A stretch of DNA of 61,322 nucleotides, the filler included, from Piptocephalis cylindrospora (Eukaryota), in the NCBI GenBank assembly GCA_003614145.1. It is 6 parts of 6 records of this genome, joined end to end, with 100 filler letters (N's around TTAATTAATTAA, not from the genome) between each part and the next. Parts side by side here need not be neighbours in the genome. Positions count along the whole stretch, not along the records: positions 1 to 10,208 come from KZ988047.1; positions 10,309 to 20,477 come from KZ988048.1; 4 more parts are not named here. One strand, given 5' to 3'. Made by a program: the position numbers and the translations under genes. The notes under the pieces were generated by a model. It was not told where the DNA came from, did no database searches, and saw nothing but the letters and a program-made list of their open reading frames with translations. Of this stretch, positions 1 to 13,300 are shown piece after piece (the stretch's first letter is position 1; each line of letters starts with the position of its first letter).

Positions 1-576
1 CTGTGATCTGGAGCGTCGGAGTAGGTGGGATGGTAAAGCTGACCTGAACGACACATTCTGTGATTGGGTGTGATTAACCAAGGTCATCCCATACTCCCAC
101 ACTGTGCAGGACAGTCGTTCTCTCCTCTCCTCCTTTTCTTTTAGAGCCAATTGGCCACTAAAATTAAAATGCGCACAAGTATATACACATTTGCTGTCTA
201 TTTTTAAGAGTCATATCTTCAGAGGGGACCATGGTTCGTCATCGATTCTCTACTTTTGTCGGCTTTGAGGATCGCTAGGAGGGTGTCTTGGCAAGACTAT
301 CTTTCCAACCATGACTTCCCTGCCTGATATGATAGATAGACCAAAATACGTATGACATGACACAAAGACGTGTATCCCATGCTATTAACAACCCGTGTTG
401 TTATCAGCGATCTACGGCCAATCCTAATCAACCTTTGCCGAAACGTTGTATACTGTCTTGAAAGTTCTTCATCATCAATAGTAATGATACTATTGTTATG
501 ATATAGATAAAATGAAGATGGTGTGATTTACCTAGAACTTACTGTGCCACACGAAAAAGAGAAGAAGTGCAAAGTT

Positions 577-658
577 TGCCTGGTGTGGGGTTCGAACCCA
601 CGCCTCTTTCGAGAGCGGGTCTTAAGTCCGCCGCCTTAGACCACTCGGCCAACCAGGC
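577..658 (-). tRNA. tRNA-Leu(UAA), intronless, long variable arm
   Basis: Reverse complement GCCTGGTTGGCCGAGTGGTCTAAGGCGGCGGACTTAAGACCCGCTCTCGAAAGAGGCGTGGGTTCGAACCCCACACCAGGCA folds as a cloverleaf: acceptor GCCTGGT/ACCAGGC, anticodon loop CT-TAA-GA, GTTCGA T-loop, followed by T-rich terminator-like runs. Confidence 0.96.
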
Positions 659-1148
659 TAAATATATGCACAAGAAAAAAAGATGCAACAGGCCCTTATA
701 TAGGTACATATTTCTTTATGTTGTTAAGGGAATATGATGTTTTTCATTATACGTTATATATATTATAAATTGAAATAGAGTCATTGTGGTAATCTTTGGT
801 CATCCCTATGGAGACCGGTACTAGACTGGTACCAGACTCTGGGATATGTGGTGTGTGTTGGTGTGAGGACAGGTTACGACTGTGGAATAAAGGTCTCTTC
901 TACCCACTTCTCCTTTTATATGTCTACTCGAGTGTATTGTTAGGAAGACAAATATTCCAATGGACCTTGGCTCCTATCGAGTCAATGGCCCCACAGTCAT
1001 ATTTCAAGAAAAAAAGGAGATTTCCATCCTAGATGCCAAAAAGTATAATCAAAAAGGGTCATCGAGAATACGTGAGAGCACTGTCGTATTTGCTGATTTG
1101 TTGTCACTTGAGAAAAATACCCTCAAGCCATCACTTGTATCCCCATTA

Positions 1149-2480
1149 TCAATGGCCTAGGGGCTCCTTCTTCCATTGATTGGCGACAGCGACAAGGTCA
1201 TCCATACTCATCGGGTCTTCGATCCAACGTTCTTGGGGAAGGACCTTTTCCAGGAGAGAATGGATGGTCGGGGAAACGGGACGATCAAGGGAATTTTTTA
1301 TATCCCATTTTCGGTCAAAGTAACTAGCCCTATCTTTTCCCGGGCGCTTGGGATTTGGGGTATCGAAAAGGTCGTAGATGGAGAGTACGATGAAGCGAAT
1401 ATCGGCCCTTTGGTAGTGTCGCTCCTTGAGTTTGGAGACGGCTTCATCTTTGGCGCCTAGAGGCAGGTATCGACGATTTGATACACCAAGCGCTTCTTGC
1501 ATACTATCCTCGCTTCCTTTAGCGAAAGAAAACCTAGAAAATTTTGGATTACAAGGAGTCGTTGGGGTCTTGAGGCAAAAAATACTCTCAGGCTGAAGAT
1601 TTCGATGAACAATACGCATGGAGTGTAGCTCTTGAGCGGCGTGGATAACAGCGATGAAAATATCACGGATCACCCATTCTGGAATGGGGTTCTCGGGTTG
1701 TAGGGAGGACCCCCATAATTTAATCAGCTTTGGTTCCTTGAGAAGCCTGGAAAGGGGAAAGGACACACGGGGTGTCACGAGGATCCAGTGAGTAGGATGC
1801 GTGACGTACACATCAAGAAGTTGAAGGACACTATTGGGAGACGCGACAAAGGCTTCGATGGTCTTCTTTATATCACGGATAGTACGATCCTGTCCAATAA
1901 TACCGGTCTTGCGAATGAAATGAAGGGAGACTTTGGTAGACTGGGAAGTTAATGCGCTAAAAAACCATCGACCTTTGATCACATTATCGTGCATACTATT
2001 CGAGGGGTCAATGGTCATAGGGGCTTGCCGCCCCGTAGATGTCTGGAAAAATGCCAAAATAGTATCAGGGTCGTCATCCGTCTTTCCATGGGCACGAGAT
2101 TTTTTATCATGCTTAGCCTTTTCCAGGTTAATGGCCTGGAGGAAGGCCCTGAGGGCGAATTTACCCCAAGCAGGATAGCCCACTATGGGCCACTTTTTAA
2201 AGGCCTCATCCACCGAGGGGAAAAGAGGTGGTAAGCGCTCATTGCTATTGAGAGCATAGTTACTTGTAAGCTCACTACACTGAACTTGCCGCAAGTAGAA
2301 TGCTTTTTGCAGTACTTCGGAAATCCGCCCGACGTGTCCTGAAGGACGGGCCTCTACGACGGCATTCTGGAATAGTTGATGGAGGATTGATGGGCCTAGG
2401 AGGAGAAGGAGGAGGGCGGTATGAAAGATGGAGCTCGAGGGGAAAGAGCCAGAGGCAGAGAGAATGGTTGAAAAAACCAT
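1149..2480 (-). CDS. Putative secreted protein-kinase-like protein (probable pseudokinase)
   Basis: 443-aa intronless ORF with a hydrophobic N-terminus (ALLLLLLGPSIL...VEA). The C-terminal kinase fold is degenerate: LHSMRIVHRNLQPES for HRDLKPEN, KFSRFSFA for the DFG region, ADI in subdomain IX. TATAAA lies upstream near 2630. Confidence 0.75.
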   Translation of the reverse strand: MVFSTILSASGSFPSSSIFHTALLLLLLGPSILHQLFQNAVVEARPSGHVGRISEVLQKAFYLRQVQCSELTSNYALNSNERLPPLFPSVDEAFKKWPIVGYPAWGKFALRAFLQAINLEKAKHDKKSRAHGKTDDDPDTILAFFQTSTGRQAPMTIDPSNSMHDNVIKGRWFFSALTSQSTKVSLHFIRKTGIIGQDRTIRDIKKTIEAFVASPNSVLQLLDVYVTHPTHWILVTPRVSFPLSRLLKEPKLIKLWGSSLQPENPIPEWVIRDIFIAVIHAAQELHSMRIVHRNLQPESIFCLKTPTTPCNPKFSRFSFAKGSEDSMQEALGVSNRRYLPLGAKDEAVSKLKERHYQRADIRFIVLSIYDLFDTPNPKRPGKDRASYFDRKWDIKNSLDRPVSPTIHSLLEKVLPQERWIEDPMSMDDLVAVANQWKKEPLGH

Positions 2481-3380
2481 GAGAGTCGGTATTGCTGAGT
2501 CGGTATGCTGAGTATTTGCAGTGAGCGGTAGAAAGAAAGTGGTTCGTTAGGAATAGCTAGAAATGGAAGGAGAGAGGAGGAGGGAGGGAAGGGAAGAAGA
2601 GAAGTAAGAAAAGGGTATAGACTGAGGCTTTATATGCATTCAAGGGTGGTAGTCTTCATATTTTCTCCTTCTAAAGCCGACAGTCTTTAGTCAGCTCAAG
2701 AATGAAGCCTTTGGCAAATACAAGTGAGAATTCAGGGCCCGCCCCATGACACGGACTTGCCGAACACATGTTGGTCTGAAGCACTTCCGACACTGCAGTG
2801 TCTAATGCTCAATGAGGGCATTGATCAATTCATAGTCCGAATCGGTCCGACTGGTATCCGATAGCTGGTCGTCCAATGGTACATCCCTTCCTTCATTCAT
2901 GCTGCAGTCGGACAAGCTGCTGGGGGACCTTCTGGTATCAGACATACCACTAGCCTCGGAGGATGACAGGTAGACGAGCTTGGATGCCATCTTTTATCAA
3001 TTCAGGGAAATAAAAAGACTTTTATCTTCCTCCGCAGGTTATCGTCTATGCTCTTTTCCCTTCCTGGGAGATACCAAGTTTATGAATGGAAAAGAACATA
3101 TATTCCCATCTCTACCCTTTCCGCGACACGTGAGAAATAAATGATCCAGTTTAGATGATGGTATAAATAGAGGAGCCAGATACGTTTTATTAAATGACGA
3201 TTTGGTGAACCGAGCGACAATGCCCTTTTCAATGTAATTATAATGGGTAGAGACTATGGAAGAACAGGAAATAAGGATGACTAGGTCCACCAGATTAGAT
3301 CTCATTGCCCCCGGGAAAAGGATGAATATAATTATGCAGGACGGTCACCAAGCTCCATGAATTACTCTTAATCTCAACCA

Positions 3381-3575
3381 TTAGTGCTTCCCGCTTGCAG
3401 TGGGAGTTTTACTGGACGAGGTAGTGCCCAAAGTCCCGGATAGGTAGATAGGAGCGCCGTTGTTGATTGTGGTTGCCCCAAGATAAGGGTGATAAGTCCA
3501 AGGGGCAGCCTGTACTGCCAGGTCAGTGGACAAGGTAAGTACTAGGGAAAGAAGACAGACAGTGACGGATACCAT
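3381..3575 (-). CDS. Small secreted protein, 64 aa, hypothetical
   Basis: MVSVTVCLLSLVLTLSTDLAVQA|APWTYHPY...: classic signal peptide with a VQA cleavage site and a short mature peptide. Confidence 0.5.
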   Translation of the reverse strand: MVSVTVCLLSLVLTLSTDLAVQAAPWTYHPYLGATTINNGAPIYLSGTLGTTSSSKTPTASGKH

Positions 3576-4714
3576 GCTGAGCGAGTACATCGGGAAAAGG
3601 GGGTCAGATATAGAGCAAAAAGAGGGTCCAAAGGTCAAAGAACGAGTGATGCAAGGTTAATGGATAGTGGTGATTATAGGGTAGTAGGAAAAGGATATAT
3701 GGAGTGTGAGGGAAAAGGGGAATGGAGGGAAGAGAGGAAGGAAAGAAGAAGAGAAAGAAATGGAAAGCGATGAAGCGATGGCTGCATATTTCACAGGATG
3801 GGATCGTCGCGCGCCAAGGCCCTCGAGAGGGACGATGATAGGTAGAGCCTTTGATCAAGGCCCCTCACCCAGAAATAATCGGGCACTTGCCTTACTTGAT
3901 CATTACCTGCTACTCACAGAGTCGTGTTCGTTCTTTCCAAACCTCCTGCTCCTCCCACACCATTCGTTCCGTATTTGCTTGACGTATTCACCAATCCTCA
4001 TCATCGGACTTTACACGAATTGCCCCTCCCACATTGTGAATGGTACCTGTCTTGAGCGGTCCTTACTGAGAGGACCTGCGTGGCCATTGGTGGAGATACC
4101 TAGAACGGCGGTGAACAAACCAATCTTGGATTGATCTAGATTCACAGGGACCATTACATTATTCAAATATCAGCAATTTTTGCCATTTAAACATGATCCA
4201 ATTACCATGATAATGCTGTTATCTTTTTCGCTGAATGCTCTATAAGAGTTTGGTGATAATGCCCAATTGAAGGCTTTTTAACTTCTAAAGCTAAATATAC
4301 CTATTAGGATTGCTGCTTAATTATTGATCATCAGCGACACTTTACTATCATACCTTAAAAAGGGACATTGCAGGCTGGCTTAAGGGCGAATATTACATTT
4401 GAATATCCATCAGCCTATCCTACCTGGGAAAACATAATGGCTTTACCACTACTTAAAACGGAACATTTTATGTAATCGAAGAGAGCATGAACAGTTGCTT
4501 TAGATGACCTCAAGGACATTCAAACTCCGTCTCCTCGTACCACGACGACATATGGACATGCGTATGGAAGAGAGTGCTTTGAAGGAGTGGTTCAAAACAG
4601 CGGACTAGGAATGAAGGCTACTTTCACGCGCACTTTTCTCATCTCTTCCTGTTCTCCGTCCCATCTTTATCCCATCCCCTGCCCCGTTCTTTATCTCACA
4701 ATCTAACCCAATCC

Positions 4715-6031
4715 ATGGACAGAACCAGATGCTTTCGTGACCTAGTTCAGGAGAAAGGAAAGGAACTAGGAAGGCCTCAAAATACACCTCAGCCATGGGC
4801 GCCCACTGAAGCCTTTACGCAAGAGGCCTATCGTATCGTGAGTGTCACCATCCGTATCCCTGCTCCTCTGTCAGCTAACCTAGCCTATCCTACGTCTCCT
4901 GAACACACAGTATCATCATATCCGTACTTTGCGTACGCTCCTTTCCCAGTCCCGGAAGGCTTATCTGGCCAGGCCAGGAAGGACTGGGGGCAAAGGAATC
5001 GGAGGAGTATCGAGCATGACGGAGCGGGAACGGAATGAGCTTGATCGACAAGCACGAGAGATCATCGCTAGCTGCTCTCAACGTATCCGGGGCCTAGAGG
5101 CCATTGTTGAGGGTAAGAGAGGAGAGCTGACTAGGTCGTATGCATCCTTCTCTCTCTAATAACAACACCTCCTAATCATTATAGCCAGTGCAAAGGGAAC
5201 GGGCGCCATGGGGAGCCTGATGTACAGTATTCTCATGGACGATGGAACTGAGGATCCGGGAAGGAAGCAGCAGGATGTGGAGCGGGCCCACCGAGCTTCC
5301 ATAACCCTTACCCTTAATACATGGCTTACTCAGCTTGGCCAGCAACAGAGGCAAATGCAGGAAGCGCGCTTGGAGAGACAGATGGAACGACAAAAGAGGT
5401 AAGGGAAATGCCTTTTCTCTGTCAATGTCCTACTCAGGCTGAAGATGACCCTTCTATTACTTTCCCAGCCGAATCAATCCTAGCATCTCGGCCATGGATC
5501 TGCACTCGGAGGAATCAGCGGATATTGGTGCAACAGGGGATGATGGACTGACTACGGAGCAAAGGCAGGCCTTGGAACAAGAGAATGATCGGATGGTCGA
5601 GGAGTTTGCCACAGCATTGGATCAAGTCCGGTAAGGATTGCTTTAGTATATTGACTTTGCATCCCATCCCCATGATGGCGATTTGGTGCATTAGCCGCCT
5701 TGTATCTACTCTCCATGATAACTCATCCGTGTATTCGACTCCTTTTCTCGTTTTCATGATGAACTTCCTTTTCTGGGAAATGAATAGGCAAACAGAGCGA
5801 TCCTTGACAGAAATCTCCCAAATCCAGTCGCAATTGGCCATGCATCTGGCCCAGCAAACCCAAGAAACGGAGAGATTGTATGCAGAGGCCACGGCCTCGA
5901 CAGACCGGGTCAAGGATGGGAACTTTCAACTGGCCGAGGCACGAAAACACATGGCCGATACGCGCAAGTGGATTCTCATCTTTCTTCTTGCAGCAAGCTT
6001 GATCCTCCTTTTTTTGGATTGGTATGATTAG
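4715..6031 (+). CDS. UFE1: Syntaxin-18/Ufe1 ER t-SNARE (multi-exon)
   Basis: MDRTRCF..., FTQEAYRI, MTERERNELD, SNARE coil (EISQIQSQLAMHLAQQ...VKDGNFQL) and C-terminal TM ending LLFLDWYD; GT-AG introns, e.g. 4838-4910. Confidence 0.88.
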
Positions 6032-6334
6032 GATGAATGTGGTAGCGATGAATAGGATGAATATGGTAGCAATGAATAGGCGGGGAGATGGTATACATTT
6101 TGAATTGGTTAGTGGTTTGAGATGAATGAAGTGATGTGTTGGTTGAATTGGCCATTGGCTTGGGGTAGATTTAGGATGGTATACACGTTGAATTACTCCG
6201 TGACTTCAAGATGGACCATAATCGATGAGGGCGGGGCGCGCTATGTCATTGAACTTGCGCAAAAGCACACATTCTTCTCTAACTCACTCATCGCCCTCAT
6301 TGTACGGTGTTGACATACATTCTCGTCGCTACAC

Positions 6335-6823
6335 ATGGCGTGGATTGTAGAAAAATTACAGAGGAAGAAGGGGGACTGCTGGTCGACTACAATAGAGGCA
6401 CTAGAGACCTTGGAACGACGGACCTTCCCCAAGTCTGAGTGCATGGACGTGAGGGCCGAGCTGTCCAAGTCCTCAACCATGTGTTGGGTGGTGCGCCCCG
6501 CCCAAACCATACCTAAGGGACATGAAGGGCCCAGCGTGCTTGGAACTATTATTATCCAGGTAGCTCGGGGAGGCCGATATCGTATTCACAAACTAAGCGT
6601 GGCGGAGCGATGGAGGGGCCAAGGAATGGGAGGTGTCCTAATCGACCATTTTCTCTCCTGGATGCGAGAACAGGGTGAGGATCGGGAATGTGATCTCTTT
6701 GTTGATACGGCTCGACAGCCGGCCATCTCCCTCTACACCAAGTATCAATTTACTCGGGTACGACATATCTCAAATTACTATGGGACTGATAGGGATGCAT
6801 GGTACATGCAGCTGCTACTGTGA
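6335..6823 (+). CDS. GNAT/RimI-like N-acetyltransferase
   Basis: Acetyl-CoA motif A (LSVAERWRGQGMG), AISLYTKYQF and NYY..RDAWYM tail. Confidence 0.88.
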   Translation: MAWIVEKLQRKKGDCWSTTIEALETLERRTFPKSECMDVRAELSKSSTMCWVVRPAQTIPKGHEGPSVLGTIIIQVARGGRYRIHKLSVAERWRGQGMGGVLIDHFLSWMREQGEDRECDLFVDTARQPAISLYTKYQFTRVRHISNYYGTDRDAWYMQLLL

Positions 6824-6947
6824 TCCTGGCCCGCCCAAAGACCCTCGTAGAGTAGATAAGGTTATGCATATAGTCAACTGGATAGAAATGGTATGGGAAT
6901 GTATGATGACTTTTTCCTTTGCCGGGAGACTCTGCGAAGAAAACCCG

Positions 6948-8022
6948 TCACATATTGGTTGGAGCAAAGTTGGAGGCATTCTCGCGGAAGAACCCATGGA
7001 TACTCAATTGGGGTCTATCCATGACGTCCTGATAAATGGGGGTGGTATCGGCCAGCTGACGGGCTCGGACTAGGTCCCAAACCTCCATCATGAGACCCCA
7101 CTCACTTTGATCGAGCATAGGGTTCTTCCTGAGCAGGTCTGTGGCATCTTGATGACTCAGGTCCTTAAAATCCACTTGCTTTCCAGTAGCCTCGGACAAG
7201 GCCTTGGACATGCTCTTGCCATCCATGGTCTCGGATCCTTTGAAAGAGGAGGGGTAAGGTAAGTACTTAGGCCTTATGTTTCACCCCTATCACCATGCAA
7301 AACTTACCGGTAATGGTAAGGATCTTGCTAGCAAAGTACCGGTTCATCCATTCTCGCTTACGTCCATCTCCCTTTTCCTCATCTCCTCCGTTCAATTCCC
7401 TATCCGGGGGGAAATCTTCATGAGCAGGGCCTTGTCCAGAGAGGGCACGAGAGATAAAATCAGCCACATCGATCATGCGTATAGGCGAGACTCTTCCATC
7501 GCCCATGGGGAGTCGAAGCGTTCCCGTGTCCTGAATGGATCGGGCATAGAGAAGAAGGTCTTCTTGGAGGGGAGCAATGCGTAGGATAGAATATTCTTTG
7601 ACGTCTTGGGCTTTGAGATGCTTCTCCATGTCTTGGTACATGGAGATCCATTTTCCGACCGTGGCCTGTTGGGAGCCCACGGCGATGTTGGAGACAAGGA
7701 CCATGGCGGGAATCTTGGCAGCCTTGCCAGCATCCATCATTCGGGTGGTCAGAGATCCCATCCGAGTATCGCCGGGCGGGATGATGAGGAGGAGATCTGC
7801 TCCCTTCATAGCATCGGCGAGGGATTCGAGACTACCGATGTCGTAGGAAACGACCTTGGCTCCGAGCTGGGTCAGATCCTTGCTCTTATCCGGGATGACA
7901 CATCCAGCAACGACCTTGGAGTAGTATTCACGCATCTCCCCAGTTAGCATTCTCTCCGCCACCTTGTGCCCTAGATGGCTATCTGCGCTAGTGATGAAGA
8001 CGGTTCGGCTTGACTTGGTCAT
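6948..8022 (-). CDS. NmrA-like NAD(P)-binding Rossmann-fold protein (one intron ~7240-7307)
   Basis: VFITSADSHLG N-terminal Rossmann motif, GRVSPIRMIDVA and LTITG-intron-SET; ORFs 7267-8022 and 6948-7226 join. Confidence 0.8.
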
Positions 8023-8513
8023 TGAGGCGACGGTGGTAGTGGAGTAGGATGGGCGAAGTGAGACGGTATGGTGGAGAAAGAGATGAGGGTTGGGTCGAGG
8101 ATGTAACTTGTATTTATTAATGATGAGCGTGGATCGATGACGTATGCAACAGAATCATTGATCCTGTCCCTGGATGATGCATCTAGGGAGGTGAGGAGTG
8201 ATGAGCAAGGAAAGCGATGCTTCCTTGACGCATTGTCCCACGCATGTCGAGATGAACTTGGGTCATTTGGACGCATCATTTCAGGCCTGGTAAACTAGGA
8301 TGGATCATCAAAGTCATGATACCTTGAGGGCACATTGGGCCTCTTGTTGACGCATCCACCGATTTACTCGATAAAGAGTGGCCTTTTTTTCCTTCATTTC
8401 CTCCTCGTTTTATGTATGAATGATCCAAAATACCTTTTACCTAGGTTCATTCCCTTCATAAGTAACTGGCACACACAGACACATAAAGACACATCACAAC
8501 GTTGTAGCCAATG

Positions 8514-8544
<31 letters not shown>

Positions 8545-8605
8545 CCCTGCCCTGTTCTGCCCGGATTCTTTTGAATCCTCATCCGACTTTCAGGATCATC
8601 CTCAT

Positions 8606-9868
8606 CTACCGTTTAGTTCCCTTGTTCCTAGGCTTGATATCCTCCTCCTTACAGGCATGAAGCATGATCTTGTTGGGGATCTTTCCATCCGCCCCCGTGT
8701 AACCCTGATGTGAGGTTTGTTTGATGGATGAGTGTCATCATGACGGCAAGCCCTCATCCCCACTCATTCACAAAAATAGCAAGTTCAACTTACCTTGCTC
8801 CAGTCATAGCTGATGGCATAGGCGAAAATGTTACCGGTACGGGAGAAAGATGAGCAAGTGATGGGGCCGCCCACGGGATCGGAGAACTTGAGACGGATCT
8901 TAGCATCCTTATCCCAAAAGTTATAGGTTCCGTCACCGCCAGCTGTCGACATGGTACCGTAGACGGGGTTGACGGAGATGGCGTTGACGGGGAAGATGTT
9001 GTTCCCAGACCGTTGGCATTTGAAGGTAAAGTTATTACTGGACTTGGACTCGTCAATGTACTGAATGGCAGCGCGGCCTTCGATGGAGCCAATGGCAAAG
9101 CCAGCAGCATCGTTAAAGCAGGCTACAGACCGTGTTTGAAACTTGAGAGGGACGGTGATGGTCTTGAAGATGGTAGAGGGGTTACTGAGGTTAATGATGC
9201 AACTGTGCCTCTCGGCGGTACCCACGACAAGAAGCTGTTTCTTTGTATCCATGGCATAGGCCCTTTCTGGGAGATTGACGGACATGGCCGGATTGGGCTG
9301 TCTTGGATCCCAATACTGGATAAATCGGAGAGGTGAGTGGGATGAACAAAAGGGGCATAAACGTCCTTTTTTCCTTTCTTTCTTTCCTCCTTTTTTTTCC
9401 GTCCTACCTTCAAAGTCTTATCCCAGGATGCTGTGGCGAGGATGGATTGACCCTGACCAGTCTCTACCCACCGTACACATGAGACGGGTTGGTCGTGTGT
9501 ACCCATTTGACGGGACTGGCCAGTGTTAATGTCGTAGAGCTTGATAGCCTTATCACATCCGCCCGAGGCGATCATGGTGCCATCCGGAGACCACTGGGCC
9601 TGGAGAACTGGACCTTCGTGGGAGTACATGGCCTTTGCATTGGCCTGGCCGGATTGAAGGATCTCATAGATTCGGACGTTATTGTCCCAGGATGAGGCGA
9701 GCAAATAGTCGGCCTGGGAGGAAAAATGTAAGGAGCTGATACCGTCTGGGGGGGAGTTGGCCACCTAAGGGGAGGATGAGTGAGCATGGGAGCGCAGGGC
9801 ATGTAGCAGCGGTTGCGGACGGTGGAGATGCTTACCTCAAAAGTGTCTCGCATGGCGGGGTTGTTCAT
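8606..9868 (-). CDS. RAE1: Poly(A)+ RNA export WD40 protein Rae1/Gle2 (multi-exon)
   Basis: PPDGISSLHFS, SSWDNNVRIYE, GSIEGR, FWDKDAK, YAISYDWSKG; last exon ends EEDIKPRNKGTKR*. Confidence 0.93.
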
Positions 9869-10208
9869 GCTGAGGAAAAGGTACAGAGGAAAACTGGGTC
9901 CAAAGTCGCACTCTGGATGGATCAGTGCGAGTTCCTGGGAGGTGAGAAGAGGATGAAGAAAAGATCAGGGGGATGAAAGACGCGCGTTGAGACTTTTTTG
10001 TTGTGCTTTTCCCTAGAACCTGTCGGTGTGGATGCAGGAGAAAAAGCAAGGCGCAATGAGGAGAGTCTAGGATGAGTGGGATGAGGATATGCTTGAGGGA
10101 GATACGCGGAGTTGACAAGTAGAGAGGTGTGGCAAGGTGGCTTTTTCCATTCATCTTGCTCCTGCTCACTGACTGTGATACACTTGACCAGGTTGAAATA
10201 TGGTTGAT

Positions 10209-10308
10209 NNNNNNNNNNNNNNNNNNNNNNNNNNNNNNNNNNNNNNNNNNNNTTAATTAATTAANNNNNNNNNNNNNNNNNNNNNNNNNNNNNNNNNNNN
10301 NNNNNNNN
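10209..10308. other. Artificial contig linker (N44-TTAATTAATTAA-N44)
   Basis: Identical 100-bp spacer with stops in all six frames, repeated five times in the window. Confidence 0.98.
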
Positions 10309-13300
10309 TAGAGGCGTGTAAGGTGGTCTGCCGCACCCGGTCATCGCTTTTACCTTCTCTGCTCCCATCGTATGCTAGCATGAAGGGGATATATGTGGAA
10401 ACCCAAGGAAGAGAGCTCATTGCGTCCTTGACTCGTGAGCCCAGTATTCGCTGGATCATGTGTGTGCTACCTGCGCTTCTTCTAGATAAGGACCGGGAAG
10501 TCAAGATGTTATGTAATTCACCTCACCTCTCCATCTTCATTCATTGTGTAAGTGCTTCAAAAATATGCTAAACAATATGCCGATGTGGATGAGGTAGAAT
10601 GCCTTAAAAACTCCCATGACTTTATACTCATCTCAGATGCCTTCCCTTCTCCCTTCAGCTCTGGCACCATTTATCTCACTTACCGGCAGGAAAGTTGATG
10701 GATGAAGCAGTGGCCCTCTTGAGGGATACGGTGGTCAAGACCGATTCCAAGGACATTTTCAATACTCTGATTATTGCTGATATTCATGGTGCCGGCGGGG
10801 AGGATGAGGAAAGCCTCTCTCTTACCCTGAGCCGTTATGAGGCTGTATGGAGGAGGCTTCATGATCCGACGGTCCTATTTGGCCTGGCCATGATTAGTTT
10901 AGTTCAAAAGTTGGATCCCTCCCGGGAATCCGCCTTGGATCGGGAGCTGGTAGGGAGATTTATTGCTTCCAATGAGAAAACCTTTCTCAGCTCCTTCTTC
11001 CGGTACATTGCCCCGCTTTTTCAGAGGTCCACGGATACTCGGGGGAAGGGAAGACGGAGAACAAGCTCTATCTCCAAGTCTCTTGGATCCTACGGGGATG
11101 GAATAGGGGAGTTACTTGAAGAGGGCATGGTAGATGAGGATCGAACGTGCGCCTCCTTGGGTTTACTAGAGAATCTCATTGAAGCTCCGGGCGTAGATGT
11201 CCTGGCATGGATGCGCCGTACCCACCTGACTGACCAAGGTGGTGACACGGCGCTGCGTCTCATATACGCCTTTGCCTCAAGCTATCTCGTGCAGTGGAGA
11301 CCTCCAGCCTCCTCAATCTCACCAGTGAAAGGAGGAATAAATCAAGCATCGGGTGAGCGGCTTCTCTTGGCTTGCTTACACTTTCTCCACCGCTTTGTCA
11401 AGTCCATGACAGTAGCTGAACTTCCCTTGATGCCCCATCTACAAAGGTGCATCCTTACTGCCTTGGCCCAACCCTCCTTGGGACAAGGAGCTGGGGGTTC
11501 GTCGGGCCTTCTAGAGCTTTTACTGGAGAGTCTAGATAATACGGTCCGGCTCTCCCGAGCTCCCACTTCTACAGGCACTGGGTCCTCAAGTAAAGGAGTG
11601 GGTCGTCGTGAGGGGGGTGGTGTCGAGGGGTATCTTACTCACGAAAGAAGTCGGGAGGATGCAATGCGTCGACTGAGGCTACTGCTCGTCAATGCCCTTT
11701 TACATCATCCTGGACATCTCAATCGAGGTCCTGGCCAAGTGTCCGTATGGTTACGAGTGGCCGATCGTCTTTTTGTGCACCTCCACACCGAGTACTCTAT
11801 CACTCAATGCATCATCCCGGTTCTGGGTTCCCTATGCCAAAGCGTCCGGATGGCATGCATGAATATTGAAGATGAGTCCACCCCTATTCCCTCTTCCGAG
11901 AAGGATCCAGGGGAAAATGTCATGGTGGACCTATGGACTTTAGAATTGCGGGTACGCCTTCTCGAGAAGCTCCTGCTCTATTATCTTGAGGTGACAGATG
12001 TGTCGGTGGATGCCGATGCCGTCTCAGATATTTCCTTGAACAGCACAACGGACTTGGAGAGTAAGGAAGAGGAAGAGGGGGAGGCATCGGAGGAAAAGTC
12101 TGGAGGAAGCACGGCTTCAATGGGAACTGGGGGTCTCCTTTCCCTCTTCAGCACATCCAATCCATCCTCCAAGAATGGTCGAGCTACCAATGGCAAGGGA
12201 GGATCTAGGTTACAGGGTAGGGTAACTGTGCAAGAATGGATGATGGAGCAACTCGTCACCATCTTTGCCACCTTGCTCCGAGTGTGCCAAGTGCGTATCC
12301 TACCCCGAAAGGATTGTATGGAGGTCATGAGTGCGCAGCAGGCTCTCACCCATGTCTTTTCTCGTCTTCTGGCTCGATACCGAAAGGCAATCCTTGAGGC
12401 CCTGGTAGAGGTATGGTGCGAGGAGGGTCCATGGTTACAGGCTTGTGATCTTCCTCACCGGGAATGGGAAATGGTGGAGTTGATTGAAGGCTTGGAATAT
12501 CGGGAGGTTATGCTCGCCGTAATGGATCACCCCAAGTCCTCGCCTGATCTAGATCGGACACCGAGAATTCGTCTTCTTGCTCGATTGGTTCGTCACACCC
12601 CGTTGGCCGATCTGTATGCGGTGGTATCGAGTATTGAGGAGTTTTGCCGGTCAGTCGCTGCCGCTTCCTCCAATGCATCCTCCTTGGCCGGGGACGGGAA
12701 TGGGATCAAAACGCTTCTCTCCCAGTTATTGATAGAAACTTGGAAACGAGTCCGGGGTATGACAGTGGAATCCGAATGGAGGTCTCTGCGCGAGAGCATT
12801 TCCGAGGTACGTAGACACCTGCTGATGGACTACTAGGGAATGATTTCATGCTAGGGGATGGATGTATACTAACATGAACTGTACTAACCATTATTTTTAT
12901 AGCTATGTGTGGCCTTGCTGGACAGCATGATTGCCGACTGGGCTGGGGTTATTGGGGATGAAAGGGCCATTGCCAAGGTTCGGGGAGTACCAGAGGATCG
13001 GCAGGTTCTGGAGGAGCTGGGACTTCCTTCGGTCGATTCCTCCTCCGTCCTCCCTGAGGTAGATCTGGTTCGAAGCGTGTGCTTCACCGCTAATGTGACC
13101 TTACCCCAGCTTCCCACCCTTACACTGCCTGAGACCATGCTTTCTCGGCTCACTTCCCGACTCACTACAGTCTTTACTCTCCCCATCCTTCGGGTGGACC
13201 CGGGGAAAAGACCACATCCTCTTTACCTTCTTGGACTTTACCTCCTGGATCGAACAGTACATCAGAGTCTGCCAACGACGGCATGGAAGCGGGAAGTGTG

